From assembly GCA_902499925.1 (NCBI GenBank), contig GCA_902499925.1_4130.1: DNA of 64,000 nucleotides; one strand, 5' to 3'. The notes beneath the pieces are model-generated. The model saw only the letters and a list, made by a program, of their open reading frames with translations, searched no databases and had not been told where the DNA came from. Position 1 is the first letter of the stretch, and every line of letters begins with the position of its first letter. The position numbers and the translations under genes are program-made. Of this stretch, positions 45,031 to 53,922 are shown piece by piece. This stretch comes from Escherichia coli (lineage in GTDB: Bacteria > Pseudomonadota > Gammaproteobacteria > Enterobacterales > Enterobacteriaceae).

Positions 45031-46581
45031 TTAAACTATTTCGGTAGCTCCATACTTAAAGTAAATTTCCTTAATCATTTCAAGATTATGGATGCTTGTA
45101 GTTTCAGACCAACCATCCTCCATCAATTCACGTTCAATAATACCTTTCGTATTATGGATTTTAATATTTTCAGTTTGAAACAGTTTCTTACATTCAGTTT
45201 CGGCAGCAATACAATCAACTGGATTTTCAAATTTAAAAGAGCTAATACGTTTTATATCATAATAACATTTTAAGTTTTGTTCATATTCACGACGACCGAG
45301 GATTGTTTCAATTCCATATTTTAGCCCAATATATTCACCTGCATTACATATACCACTAATATATGCAATTTTTTGATTGCGATGTGCCTTACGAGGATTG
45401 CCACATCCACGCAAATGTATAGATGGTGTTTGCCAGAATTCATCACCACTTTCTGGATCAATAATACACACATTAGTACGGGCATCAATATACTCTACTT
45501 TACTGTAATCATATTGTTCATCGTGAATTTCGTTAGCCCTGTTGATAAATTCATCAATTGACATTTTATTTTTCAGGCCAGTTGATATATTAGCACGATC
45601 ATTATTACCACATCCCATCAAATGTGATGATGGTGTTTGCCAGAATTCACCATATACTGGATCTATAATACATACCTTAGTACTGTTGTTTACGTATACG
45701 ACCTTACTATAATCATACAGATTATCATGCACCAAATTGGCCTTCTCGATAAATTCATCAAGTGTTAAGCGTTTACTCTGTGCCGTTTTTTCAAAACCAC
45801 GGATTGGGTTTCCATGACCTTTCCAATGGTAGATTGGTTCTTGCCAGAATTCACCATATACTGGATCTACAATACATACCTTAGTCCATGCACCAGTATA
45901 CTCCACTTTACTGTAGTCATATAAATGACCATGTACTGCACGAGAACGTTCAATAAAAACTTCGTTGGTGAATGTTTTATTTACTGAAGTTCCTATACGC
46001 CCACGTTCCATGTTACCATGCTTGGATTTTAAATGGTCATATGGCGTTTGCCAGAATTCACCATACACTGGATCAATAATGCATACTGGAGTTTTACTAT
46101 TAACATATTCTACGTTTGAATAATCGAACGTATTTCCAAAACGTTCGATAGCTTCAGCTATAAATGTTTCAGTTGTTTTTGATTTAAGTTTTTTACCATT
46201 TTCAATGGCACGTTGTGGGCTACCTGCACCTTTTAAATGGGAGCTGGGTTCTTGCCAGAATTCACCATACACTGGATCAATAATACATACCTTAGTGCTA
46301 TTATTTTTATAAACAACTTTACTATAATCATAGAGGTTGTTATGAACTTTTTCTGCTCGTTCTATAAACGTTTGGGTGGTTAATTTGCCAACACCTGAAC
46401 GATATGGATTCCCCTGACCGCGAATGTGATGTGACGGAGTTTGCCAGAATTCACCATACACCGGATCAATAATGCATACTGGTTCTTTAGCTTTTACATA
46501 CACTGCTTTTTCGTAATTATAGAGATCACCATGTACATTTCGTGCAGCAATTAAAAAAGTTTCTTGGTCGGTAACACGCAT
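45031..46581 (-). CDS. tandem-repeat protein (516 aa): six ~67-aa repeats plus C-terminal GIY-YIG-like region
   Basis: Repeat unit TxxFIERAxxVHxNLYDYSKVxY...KVCIIDPVYGEFWQxPxxHLxGxGNPxR six times; C-terminal AYISGICNAGEYIGLKYG...GRREYE...FKFE resembles GIY-YIG spacing; RBS AGGGATAAAGAAA. Confidence 0.65.
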   Translation of the reverse strand: MRVTDQETFLIAARNVHGDLYNYEKAVYVKAKEPVCIIDPVYGEFWQTPSHHIRGQGNPYRSGVGKLTTQTFIERAEKVHNNLYDYSKVVYKNNSTKVCIIDPVYGEFWQEPSSHLKGAGSPQRAIENGKKLKSKTTETFIAEAIERFGNTFDYSNVEYVNSKTPVCIIDPVYGEFWQTPYDHLKSKHGNMERGRIGTSVNKTFTNEVFIERSRAVHGHLYDYSKVEYTGAWTKVCIVDPVYGEFWQEPIYHWKGHGNPIRGFEKTAQSKRLTLDEFIEKANLVHDNLYDYSKVVYVNNSTKVCIIDPVYGEFWQTPSSHLMGCGNNDRANISTGLKNKMSIDEFINRANEIHDEQYDYSKVEYIDARTNVCIIDPESGDEFWQTPSIHLRGCGNPRKAHRNQKIAYISGICNAGEYIGLKYGIETILGRREYEQNLKCYYDIKRISSFKFENPVDCIAAETECKKLFQTENIKIHNTKGIIERELMEDGWSETTSIHNLEMIKEIYFKYGATEIV

Positions 46582-46614
46582 TTTCTTTATCCCTAGTACG
46601 TTTCATTTCGATAG

Positions 46615-46650
46615 AGCTATAATAGCAAAAGGGCTGACCGAAGTCAACTC
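46615..46650 (-). promoter_or_regulatory. terminator-promoter cassette (degenerate copy)
   Basis: Hairpin GAGTTGAC-ttcg-GTCAGCCC with one mismatch, then TATTAT. Confidence 0.4.
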
Positions 46651-46859
46651 TTTGATATGATAATATAATCATTCCATAAATTATATATATTGTTTTCAAC
46701 ACAATCATCATCGCTTAATTCTATAATTGACGAGATAAGTTCTGATAAGGTTTGTGTGTTCAAAACCGTATCACGATGTCTCAACCACCATTTCATGGTG
46801 AGTGTTCGGATTTTGTACGGATTGTTTGAAAACTTGTATCTAGAAGTGTCAAGTATCAT
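46644..46859 (-). CDS. hypothetical protein (71 aa)
   Basis: Minus ORF directly downstream of denV; ends at the cassette hairpin. Confidence 0.45.
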   Translation of the reverse strand: MILDTSRYKFSNNPYKIRTLTMKWWLRHRDTVLNTQTLSELISSIIELSDDDCVENNIYNLWNDYIIISKS

Positions 46860-46872
46860 TTTTAATCTCTAT

Positions 46873-47310
46873 TTACTTAATCATCTCGGTATAGTACTCA
46901 GGTAACTCAACATCAGTAAATTTATACCACTTAGGCTTCATTTGGAGCTTCTCAATCAAGCGTTCACGAGACATTTTAATCTCTGAATCAGATGGTACAT
47001 AGTCCTGGCAAAACTCCGCAGGGAAGCCGCTAATGTCGTTTAATTCAATGTTTTGAATCTTCATACCACGACGCAAACATTCGTTAACAATTTCAATATG
47101 ACGCTTCTGTAAGTACAATAACTTGTTGTAGAAGAATGTTACATGACCTGAACCTAACAGGTAAGTACTGTTAATTTTGAAATCACGTACACGCTTACGT
47201 GCTTGAACATGTTTTTGTACAGCACCAAATACACGTGGGAGTTCACGATATTCAGCCATCAGATGTTGGTCAGCAAGTTCTTTAACGTGTACTAAGTTAA
47301 TGCGTGTCAT
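46873..47310 (-). CDS. denV: endonuclease V, pyrimidine-dimer DNA glycosylase/AP lyase (145 aa)
   Basis: Colinear with T4 DenV as I recall it: [31 protein letters not shown]...KRVRDFKI...GHVTFFY.KL; RBS GAGGATGAATAC. Confidence 0.85.
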   Translation of the reverse strand: MTRINLVHVKELADQHLMAEYRELPRVFGAVQKHVQARKRVRDFKINSTYLLGSGHVTFFYNKLLYLQKRHIEIVNECLRRGMKIQNIELNDISGFPAEFCQDYVPSDSEIKMSRERLIEKLQMKPKWYKFTDVELPEYYTEMIK

Positions 47311-47338
47311 GTATTCATCCTCTCGTTTCGATGAAATG

Positions 47339-47376
47339 ATTATAACAAAAAGGGCTGACCGAAGTCAACCCTTTGT
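47339..47376 (-). promoter_or_regulatory. terminator-promoter cassette
   Basis: Minus strand reads GGGTTGAC-ttcg-GTCAGCCC, T-run, TGtTATAAT (extended -10). Confidence 0.55.
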
Positions 47377-47377
47377 T

Positions 47378-47800
47378 TTAATCATCGCCAAAATCATAAT
47401 GGTTCTCGTAAAAACAATCCTGACAGTAGTCACCATCATCACCGAATGCAGTTTCATTACGATATACTTCACTTTCTGGTATTTGTTTACCACAATCATC
47501 ACATGTACATAGTTTCATAAATTCCTCATTAATCAACAATGCACCCAACTTCACAATCTCATACCCATCCAGATAGCCATAGGAACACTCAGGTGTTTCA
47601 TAAGTTGAACCATCATGGATACCTTGGCATTGGCTTTTGGAACGTTCAAGCAATCGTTGCAGTACTGATACGTCATCAAGAACGTAATACAAGTTAGCAT
47701 ATGGGTCCGTCACAATACAGTACTTAAACATGCCAAATGTATCAATCGATTTTTCAACCTTAGCAAATTGTTTCTTTTCTTTATTATACAATGCGTACAT
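47378..47800 (-). CDS. hypothetical protein with C-terminal Cys cluster (141 aa)
   Basis: Track ORF 47378..47866 trimmed to MYALYNKEKK, which starts 1 nt after the stop of 47802..48173; CTCDDCGKQ...YCQDCF. Confidence 0.5.
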   Translation of the reverse strand: MYALYNKEKKQFAKVEKSIDTFGMFKYCIVTDPYANLYYVLDDVSVLQRLLERSKSQCQGIHDGSTYETPECSYGYLDGYEIVKLGALLINEEFMKLCTCDDCGKQIPESEVYRNETAFGDDGDYCQDCFYENHYDFGDD

Positions 47801-47801
47801 A

Positions 47802-48173
47802 TTAATCTCCATAATCAAGTTTAACCAACTTACCACACAGATACCCAAAGTTTTCTGGCTTCGCATCTGAATAGAAGAAGTCAGTACTTAACTCTGAATT
47901 CAATGCTAAAGCACACAACTCCACCCAAAATAAACCCCTATGTTGTACTGGCTTACAACGTTTCTGTACAGTTACTAGTCCAGTACATGATGACCACAAA
48001 GTAGGACAGATACCAGTATCACTACGCTTGGAGTACTGCATCCACGAACGTTCATTGAGGTTAGCTATCATCCCTGTTAAGAATAGCTTCCAACTTTTAA
48101 AGGTTGGAATCTTGATAGCATATTCCCCAATGAGTATGACAGTTCGTGTTGCACCTTTCAAATCTATATTCAT
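47802..48173 (-). CDS. protein kinase-like mini-protein (123 aa)
   Basis: AIK lysine motif, catalytic-loop-like DAKPEN and DYG 16 residues later; C-terminus ends at DYGD, matching 1446..2030. Confidence 0.5.
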   Translation of the reverse strand: MNIDLKGATRTVILIGEYAIKIPTFKSWKLFLTGMIANLNERSWMQYSKRSDTGICPTLWSSCTGLVTVQKRCKPVQHRGLFWVELCALALNSELSTDFFYSDAKPENFGYLCGKLVKLDYGD

Positions 48174-48182
48174 ATTTTTTAA

Positions 48183-48434
48183 TTAGAAGAACACAAACCA
48201 AGTCCAGAATAAATTCCACACTACAAATAAAAACATAGTGGTTTTATGTACAATATCAGCAGTACTGGTCCATCCTCCACCGTGTCCTATTCCATTTATG
48301 AATAGAACTAAGAACAAGATACCATTTACTACAATAGTACATAGTAAGTACACAAACACATTCCATGCAAGTTCAGGGGATACTAACGTAAATGGTAAAA
48401 CAATTAGTAGTATTAGAACTAATAAAATTTTCAT
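48183..48434 (-). CDS. small membrane protein (83 aa)
   Basis: Three hydrophobic segments; RBS GAGGCGATAA. Confidence 0.55.
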   Translation of the reverse strand: MKILLVLILLIVLPFTLVSPELAWNVFVYLLCTIVVNGILFLVLFINGIGHGGGWTSTADIVHKTTMFLFVVWNLFWTWFVFF

Positions 48435-48462
48435 TTATCGCCTCACTTAATTAACGTGACAA

Positions 48463-48639
48463 TTAGTACGAATCAGATTCCCAGTACTCGATTGCTTCTT
48501 TCAGCAATTCTTTAGCACGTTGTTTTGCAATGCGAGCGGGTAACAGATATGTGTACATTAACTGACGCTTCACTTCATTCAGTGAAAGCTGTTCATGGTA
48601 CAGTGCATCCATCAGTCGATTACGAGTACGTAGTTTCAT
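48463..48639 (-). CDS. hypothetical small protein (58 aa)
   Basis: Untracked ORF MKLRTRNRLMDALYHEQLSL...; RBS AAGGATAACTTAT. Confidence 0.4.
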   Translation of the reverse strand: MKLRTRNRLMDALYHEQLSLNEVKRQLMYTYLLPARIAKQRAKELLKEAIEYWESDSY

Positions 48640-48650
48640 ATAAGTTATCC

Positions 48651-49205
48651 TTATTTCAAAGAATCATAGTAAGCAGTGTCAAAGATTGGAGTCATAATAA
48701 CATAGTCAATACGGTCAATGTAAGTTGAACTCCACATTTCTGGTTTGTCATAAAATTGACGCTCGCGTTCATTCATACGAGTCAGTACTTCTTCCAATTT
48801 ACTACGTGAAGCCATCAATGTATTACGCGATCCATAAGTGAAGTACTCAGTCCATTGATATTCATATTCAGTACTGATAGATTGAATAGTACCATCTTTG
48901 AAATGAGCTAAGGCATATCCTTTCTCTACAAAGTTATCAGGTGGAAGAACACTATCTGGATTAGTTTTCAATGCTTTGGTTAACTTTTCTTTAATTTCAG
49001 TTAACGTGCATACTGAACGAATGTTCTTCAGGTTTGATACTTGAAAATCACTGTACTTTCCAAAGAAAAATACACGCCAATCTTTAGGTTCATTATCAGA
49101 TACGGTAATATTCGGATGATGGGCGAGTAAACGAAGAAGGCCAGCTTTGTGACCGTTAATGTAGATCTCATGGATGTGGTTAGCAGTTTTCTTAAAAGTA
49201 ATCAT
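48651..49205 (-). CDS. hypothetical protein (184 aa)
   Basis: RBS GAGGAATTGTC; own promoter TTGACA-17-TATAAT and 5'-UTR hairpin 49223-49243. Confidence 0.6.
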   Translation of the reverse strand: MITFKKTANHIHEIYINGHKAGLLRLLAHHPNITVSDNEPKDWRVFFFGKYSDFQVSNLKNIRSVCTLTEIKEKLTKALKTNPDSVLPPDNFVEKGYALAHFKDGTIQSISTEYEYQWTEYFTYGSRNTLMASRSKLEEVLTRMNERERQFYDKPEMWSSTYIDRIDYVIMTPIFDTAYYDSLK

Positions 49206-49222
49206 GACAATTCCTCGATTGT

Positions 49223-49243
49223 GGGGATGAGAAGTTCATCCCC
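49223..49243 (-). promoter_or_regulatory. 5'-UTR stem-loop (family member)
   Basis: GGGGATGA-gaagt-TCATCCCC inverted repeat between promoter and RBS. Confidence 0.5.
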
Positions 49244-49281
49244 TTGATAAACATTATACAGTACTGAATGAGTTTGTCAAC

Positions 49282-49662
49282 TCAAAATAAATTCATTTCA
49301 TGTGCGTATTGTGGTTCAAGATGCGATAAGTTTTTGAAGCTTTCTTTCAACTCAGCATCATCTACATACACCGTGCCTGGTACATTCCCCATAGTGAAAC
49401 CTACCCACACAGTCATGTCACCAGTCCCTAAGCGTGGCATTGATAGCGAACCATCAGGTGAAACATCAAACGCTACACTGAAGTCATCAGTAACAACGTC
49501 TGAACCATTTTCGAGAATAATACATCCACTATCTTTAAGCTTCTGAATGTGGATAGCAGCCTCTACAGCACGTTTGAAGTTATAGTAAGACTCTTTATCC
49601 TCAAACATTGATTGTTTAATCAGACGCTTGTTTAGCTCGGTTACTTTGTGCATTTGACGCAT
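49282..49662 (-). CDS. hypothetical protein (126 aa)
   Basis: RBS GGGAGATGGATAAGTA; coupled to upstream gene. Confidence 0.55.
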   Translation of the reverse strand: MRQMHKVTELNKRLIKQSMFEDKESYYNFKRAVEAAIHIQKLKDSGCIILENGSDVVTDDFSVAFDVSPDGSLSMPRLGTGDMTVWVGFTMGNVPGTVYVDDAELKESFKNLSHLEPQYAHEMNLF

Positions 49663-49919
49663 TACTTATCCATCTCCCACAGTTGTAGAATTTCATAAGA
49701 GCCTGGTGGTGCTGGATTCCTGATCTCAGGGAATTGAGTACTTTTAGGATTACCACCAGCATTAAATTCGTCAAGTAATGATTCCAGTTCGCGACGATCC
49801 TGAACAACATAAACACAATCACCTGAACCTTCTTCGAGAATCATTTCACTTCCTGCACAATCCCATACTGTTGAGATACATAGAATCTCTTTTGTATTTT
49901 TATTACGCAATGCAAACAT
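49662..49919 (-). CDS. hypothetical protein (85 aa)
   Basis: RBS AGGGGGTTGCT. Confidence 0.55.
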   Translation of the reverse strand: MFALRNKNTKEILCISTVWDCAGSEMILEEGSGDCVYVVQDRRELESLLDEFNAGGNPKSTQFPEIRNPAPPGSYEILQLWEMDK

Positions 49920-49928
49920 AGCAACCCC

Positions 49929-50297
49929 CTATCGATTTGGCATTTTATCTCGTAATTTCACAAGATAATCAATCACGGTACATCCTGAAATAAAGGTAAT
50001 ATAAGTACTGAAAAATCCTACCAGAATAAAGGCAACAAGCGTACTCCCATTTGGTTCTTCAGCTTTAATACCAATGATACCATCAGATGCAGTGAAAAAT
50101 GTAGACATAAACGTTAGACAGATGTACATCACTAATAAGAATTCATGTTCTAATGACGGATAAAAACGATCAAAAAGTTTATAAAATTTAAAGTACAGTA
50201 GGAGTATACCAACAAAGGCATAGAAAGTAAACAGTGTTGTTATGATATATGATATTAAATTTAAATTATACATCTCAACGCTCCGGTAGATTATCAC
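49929..50297 (-). CDS. small multi-pass membrane protein, family member (122 aa)
   Basis: Same family as 41332-43771; C-terminus ...LRDKMPNR. Confidence 0.6.
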   Translation of the reverse strand: MIIYRSVEMYNLNLISYIITTLFTFYAFVGILLLYFKFYKLFDRFYPSLEHEFLLVMYICLTFMSTFFTASDGIIGIKAEEPNGSTLVAFILVGFFSTYITFISGCTVIDYLVKLRDKMPNR

Positions 50298-50616
50298 GTA
50301 ATGTTTTGATTCGATTATACAATTTCATTGCTACATTTCCAAATAAACCAAAACCCATTACTAAAATGTATGCGATGATCATAGTAATAATTACAATAGT
50401 ACCTAGACTGTAATGTACTGCACTGATACCCATTATTGTTTCTACAATGATGTGAGCAACAGAAATCACCAAAAGTACTACTACAATTGGATGATTTGGA
50501 TACATTCGGTTAAACAATGTTTTGTACTTAAAGAAGTACAGTACTCCACCAAATAAGAAGTACACAATGTAGATTGATGCAACGGCATAAGCAAACGCAT
50601 TAGTGTAAAAAATCAT
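50275..50616 (-). CDS. small multi-pass membrane protein, family member (113 aa)
   Basis: Track start is TTG; ATG at Met3 has RBS AAGGATTGATA; C-terminus ...LRDNLPER. Confidence 0.6.
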   Translation of the reverse strand: MIFYTNAFAYAVASIYIVYFLFGGVLYFFKYKTLFNRMYPNHPIVVVLLVISVAHIIVETIMGISAVHYSLGTIVIITMIIAYILVMGFGLFGNVAMKLYNRIKTLRDNLPER

Positions 50617-50625
50617 TATCAATCC

Positions 50626-50964
50626 TTACTTTTCAGGGATTTTATTACGCCACTCATCGATGCGATGAAGCAGTTTAAAGAGCAAAAATATCGGAACTGT
50701 AGCTATCATAGTAGCAATTGTTAGTAATGTCAACATCGATACGAGATTTAATTCGTCCGTACTATATCCACATACCAGTACTTCAATTATCCCCCACGTA
50801 CATGCACTGAACATCAAAAATGAAATTGGTGCATCGTAGTATATGCGTTGATACAAGGTCGTGTATCGGAAGAATGCAATAATGTAACAAAACATGTAAT
50901 ACACCCAAATTAACGATACTACATAAAATGATACCTTATTAATTAATTCAAAATGTTGTTCCAT
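50626..50964 (-). CDS. small multi-pass membrane protein, family member (112 aa)
   Basis: RBS AGGGGTAAAAA; C-terminus ...WRNKIPEK. Confidence 0.6.
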   Translation of the reverse strand: MEQHFELINKVSFYVVSLIWVYYMFCYIIAFFRYTTLYQRIYYDAPISFLMFSACTWGIIEVLVCGYSTDELNLVSMLTLLTIATMIATVPIFLLFKLLHRIDEWRNKIPEK

Positions 50965-50973
50965 TTTTTACCC

Positions 50974-51249
50974 CTACATATATTCTAAGAATAATGTATT
51001 AGCTTCGTCTATGTTCTTAAGATAATACATGTAATACAGATTTGGTTGTCCGTCTTTTGAACTCAAATCAAAGTACTTTAAACTATGCACCGTCATGACA
51101 AAAACAAATAATGACTTAAAACCAATCTCACCGTACTTAATAAACAGTTCATCTAAATGAATGTAACTCTTAGTTTCAGATAATTCCTTCACATCAGCTT
51201 CAATTTCTTGTAAGCGAAGTTTACCGATTAAGTTTTCAAATGAACGCAT
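50974..51249 (-). CDS. hypothetical protein (91 aa)
   Basis: Track ORF trimmed to Met10. Confidence 0.45.
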   Translation of the reverse strand: MRSFENLIGKLRLQEIEADVKELSETKSYIHLDELFIKYGEIGFKSLFVFVMTVHSLKYFDLSSKDGQPNLYYMYYLKNIDEANTLFLEYM

Positions 51250-51260
51250 GATGTTGTTCC

Positions 51261-51674
51261 TTATGCTGGTACACAATTTTTTATAATGAATACACGTTTC
51301 ATGAATGAACTTTCATATACGTACTTCAGTTTACCATTTTCACGCATACGATGAAACACATCTTTACCGCTAGTACTCCATGTTGAACCAGTCTCTGCAT
51401 CAACATTGTTCATTACACCAGATGTTACGTTCACCCCGTACTTGAAGCTAAAGGTACTACCTTCTTCTACCAGAGGGATTGGTGTACTACGTTCATGTTC
51501 CAGTACAAGTTTACTGCCGATGATGTTGTACGAAGTTAGCTTGCATTTTAAAACACCCATCTCTTGTGCAGTTGGGTAATTCTTCTCAAACAAATCAGAT
51601 ACTTCATTTGCATAACAAACTGAACTAATCATAAGAAGTAATGAACTGATAGAACGGAAAATAACTTTTAACAT
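51261..51674 (-). CDS. secreted protein with signal peptide (137 aa)
   Basis: N-terminus MLKVIFRSISSLLLMISSVCYA; RBS GGAGGCAAAC; cassette upstream. Confidence 0.6.
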   Translation of the reverse strand: MLKVIFRSISSLLLMISSVCYANEVSDLFEKNYPTAQEMGVLKCKLTSYNIIGSKLVLEHERSTPIPLVEEGSTFSFKYGVNVTSGVMNNVDAETGSTWSTSGKDVFHRMRENGKLKYVYESSFMKRVFIIKNCVPA

Positions 51675-51700
51675 GTTTGCCTCCAGTAGTTGATGAAATG

Positions 51701-51740
51701 ATTATAGCAAAAAGGGCCGACCGAAGTCAACCCTTTTCTT
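51701..51740 (-). promoter_or_regulatory. terminator-promoter cassette
   Basis: GGGTTGAC-ttcg-GTCGGCCC, T-run, TATAAT. Confidence 0.55.
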
Positions 51741-52115
51741 TTATATTTTACATGTCATGTCTGGTTTTGGCTTTTCATTCTTTGGCTTTTCAAATGGATT
51801 TGGCTTAGGGGACTTTTTATCTTTATCATCTTTAGCTTTCTTTTTGTTTTCTTTTTTATCCGATTTGTCAGCTTTGTCTTTCTTATCTTTTGAATCTTTG
51901 TCAGCTTTAGATTGTGGTTCCTCACATACAGCAGCTTTTGGCTCTGGCATATCACATGAGTTATCCACAGGTTTAATGAACTCTTTACAGTTGTAGAAGT
52001 ATAAACTTTCATTGGTAGTAAGATTGTGGAATCTAAAGGTATTTTCACCATTAGTATATACTTTCTTAGTACTCTCAATATCATTACACATTGCAACTGT
52101 GTCACCGGAATTCAT
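51741..52115 (-). CDS. protein with Cys-containing N-domain and Lys/Asp-rich tail (124 aa)
   Basis: RBS AGGTATCGAGC; overlaps stop of upstream gene; preferred over alternative-frame ORF 51755..52105. Confidence 0.5.
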   Translation of the reverse strand: MNSGDTVAMCNDIESTKKVYTNGENTFRFHNLTTNESLYFYNCKEFIKPVDNSCDMPEPKAAVCEEPQSKADKDSKDKKDKADKSDKKENKKKAKDDKDKKSPKPNPFEKPKNEKPKPDMTCKI

Positions 52116-52353
52116 GCTCGATACCTATTACATCCGACTTACGTTCAGATAGTATTCCAGACGTATATCGATCTTTGTTATCAAATGCATTGAACCCTAT
52201 AGTTTTATTATTGTCATGTACCAATCCTCTAGTGTAAGACTTGGTATAGAACTCACCGTTTCTAAACTCCTGTCTAGCAATGGAGCACTGGTATTCAGTA
52301 CTATAAACTATATCAGTAAACAATACAAGTGAAAATAAAACATATTTAAACAT
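52102..52353 (-). CDS. secreted small protein (83 aa)
   Basis: Signal-peptide-like MFKYVLFSLVLFTDIVYS; RBS AAGAGGTAATGCA. Confidence 0.55.
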   Translation of the reverse strand: MFKYVLFSLVLFTDIVYSTEYQCSIARQEFRNGEFYTKSYTRGLVHDNNKTIGFNAFDNKDRYTSGILSERKSDVIGIEHEFR

Positions 52354-52379
52354 TGCATTACCTCTTATAAAACCCTCTA

Positions 52380-52417
52380 CAATATTTACAAAAAAAGGTT
52401 GACCGAAGTCAACCTTT
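52380..52417 (-). promoter_or_regulatory. terminator-promoter cassette
   Basis: Perfect hairpin AAGGTTGAC-cgaa-GTCAACCTT, T-run, TAAATA. Confidence 0.5.
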
Positions 52418-52424
52418 TAAATGT

Positions 52425-53918
52425 TTATTTTTTATCCTTTCCAACACCACGGTCGTACTCTTTGAATGAGTTATCAAGTGTAGTTAGAGCATACTCATAT
52501 GCTTCTGGTGATTCAATGTCAACATCATCTGCACCATTTACTAAATCAGCCCAAGCCTTTTGAAGTTTACGAGCATTGTTACCAACATTATCTTTAATCC
52601 AACTAATATTTTTGTTGATACTTTTACTATCAGCACCTGCTTTTTTACCAATCTCGGATATCCACATCATTAACTTTTGAAGTTCATGAATTGATTTATC
52701 AGTCATTTCAAGATGTTCTTCTTCCATACCGTCAGTATCAGATGAACCAACGTCAATTCCATGTTTAGCTAATAGTTTACCAAGTTCAAAGAATGCAGCT
52801 TCAGCAGGGAAGTCATAACCTTTCTCTTTGTAGTTATTCCATGCACTATCAAACTCGTCAACAAAACGGTTAGCATAATCTGGATTTTTAACTAATGCTT
52901 TATATACTGCCATTGCATGTTCAAAACCTTCTTTATCTGACCCAAACTCTTCCATCTCAGGACGATGAATGTATCCATCCATATCAACGGTATCAGGTAG
53001 ATCTTCTTGCTCAGGCTCAACATCTTTCTGTTCAACTGCACCTTCTTCATCTGCACGCTTTAGATAACCATCTGGTGTTACCTTCTCACCATGTTCGGCT
53101 TCATACTTTTTCATAGTGTTGAATGCAGCATCCATAGCTGTTACGAAGCGACTTTTCTCACCTTGTACATAAGATTTAAGTGCACTGTTAACTGCATCTG
53201 ATACGAGCTTAACCTTATCGTCTTTACCTTCTAAACGGTTTTCAAGTTTAGCCAGTACATTCTTGACTTGCTGGGCATTAGCACGGTCTGCTTTACCAAT
53301 ACTATCAAAAGTTTTAAGAATACCATCAAGACTTGCTTCACCCTGTTCAGGTTCTTTGGAATCTTCTTTGTGTGTACCTTCAAGTGCACGCATGATAGTA
53401 CTGAATACTTCAGTAGGTTCAGTGCTCTTATTACCTTTCATTGCATCAAGTACAGCTTGTGCTTTACCTTTGAGTTCTTCTTTAGGAACTGCCTGTAGTG
53501 CTTTGACAATACCCTGAATCAACTGTGGTTTGTTAGCAAAGATCTTACCTAAGTTATCAGATAACTCTTTAACAGGGTTAGCTGCTTTAGGAGCTTCTGG
53601 TTTTGGTTCTTCTTTAGGAACTGCTTGTTCTTTCTCAGCACGTTCCATATCAGCAAGGCGTTGTTTCTGTGTTGCGTTAAGAAGACCTAATGAGTTAACA
53701 TAACGTAGCTTTTCTAGCTCAGTCATGTTCTCAGTACTCTTAACTGCACCTGCTTCTGCGTTTGCCTTACCAGCTAAACCTGTCCCTTGATTACGTGAAC
53801 CACGTGACCCCTGTCCTGCTTGATAACTATTTTTGCGACGATTTCGGTCGGCCCATTTATCCGAGTGTTGTACTAGTCCACCATTACGATGTTTCATATC
53901 CCCATTATCTTGTGGCAT
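52425..53918 (-). CDS. Lys/Glu-rich protein (497 aa), function unknown
   Basis: RBS AGAGGATTAAAAAT; N-terminal region shares Y(V/L)(N/D)SLGLL motif with 55282..55665. Confidence 0.65.
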   Translation of the reverse strand: MPQDNGDMKHRNGGLVQHSDKWADRNRRKNSYQAGQGSRGSRNQGTGLAGKANAEAGAVKSTENMTELEKLRYVNSLGLLNATQKQRLADMERAEKEQAVPKEEPKPEAPKAANPVKELSDNLGKIFANKPQLIQGIVKALQAVPKEELKGKAQAVLDAMKGNKSTEPTEVFSTIMRALEGTHKEDSKEPEQGEASLDGILKTFDSIGKADRANAQQVKNVLAKLENRLEGKDDKVKLVSDAVNSALKSYVQGEKSRFVTAMDAAFNTMKKYEAEHGEKVTPDGYLKRADEEGAVEQKDVEPEQEDLPDTVDMDGYIHRPEMEEFGSDKEGFEHAMAVYKALVKNPDYANRFVDEFDSAWNNYKEKGYDFPAEAAFFELGKLLAKHGIDVGSSDTDGMEEEHLEMTDKSIHELQKLMMWISEIGKKAGADSKSINKNISWIKDNVGNNARKLQKAWADLVNGADDVDIESPEAYEYALTTLDNSFKEYDRGVGKDKK

Positions 53919-53922
53919 ATTT

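Noticed and set aside
47378-48173. Kinase-like gene 47802..48173 and 47378..47800 as one gene split by a stop codon
   Set aside because: The downstream ORF has its own ATG 1 nt after the stop and shows no kinase C-lobe motifs (no APE-like segment); the paralog 1446..2030 also ends shortly after DYG
46526-52105. Overlapping alternative-frame ORFs 46526..46711, 49616..49822, 51755..52105
   Set aside because: Each overlaps a better-supported gene or a terminator-promoter cassette and has no RBS; 51755..52105 has implausible composition compared with the in-phase 51741..52115
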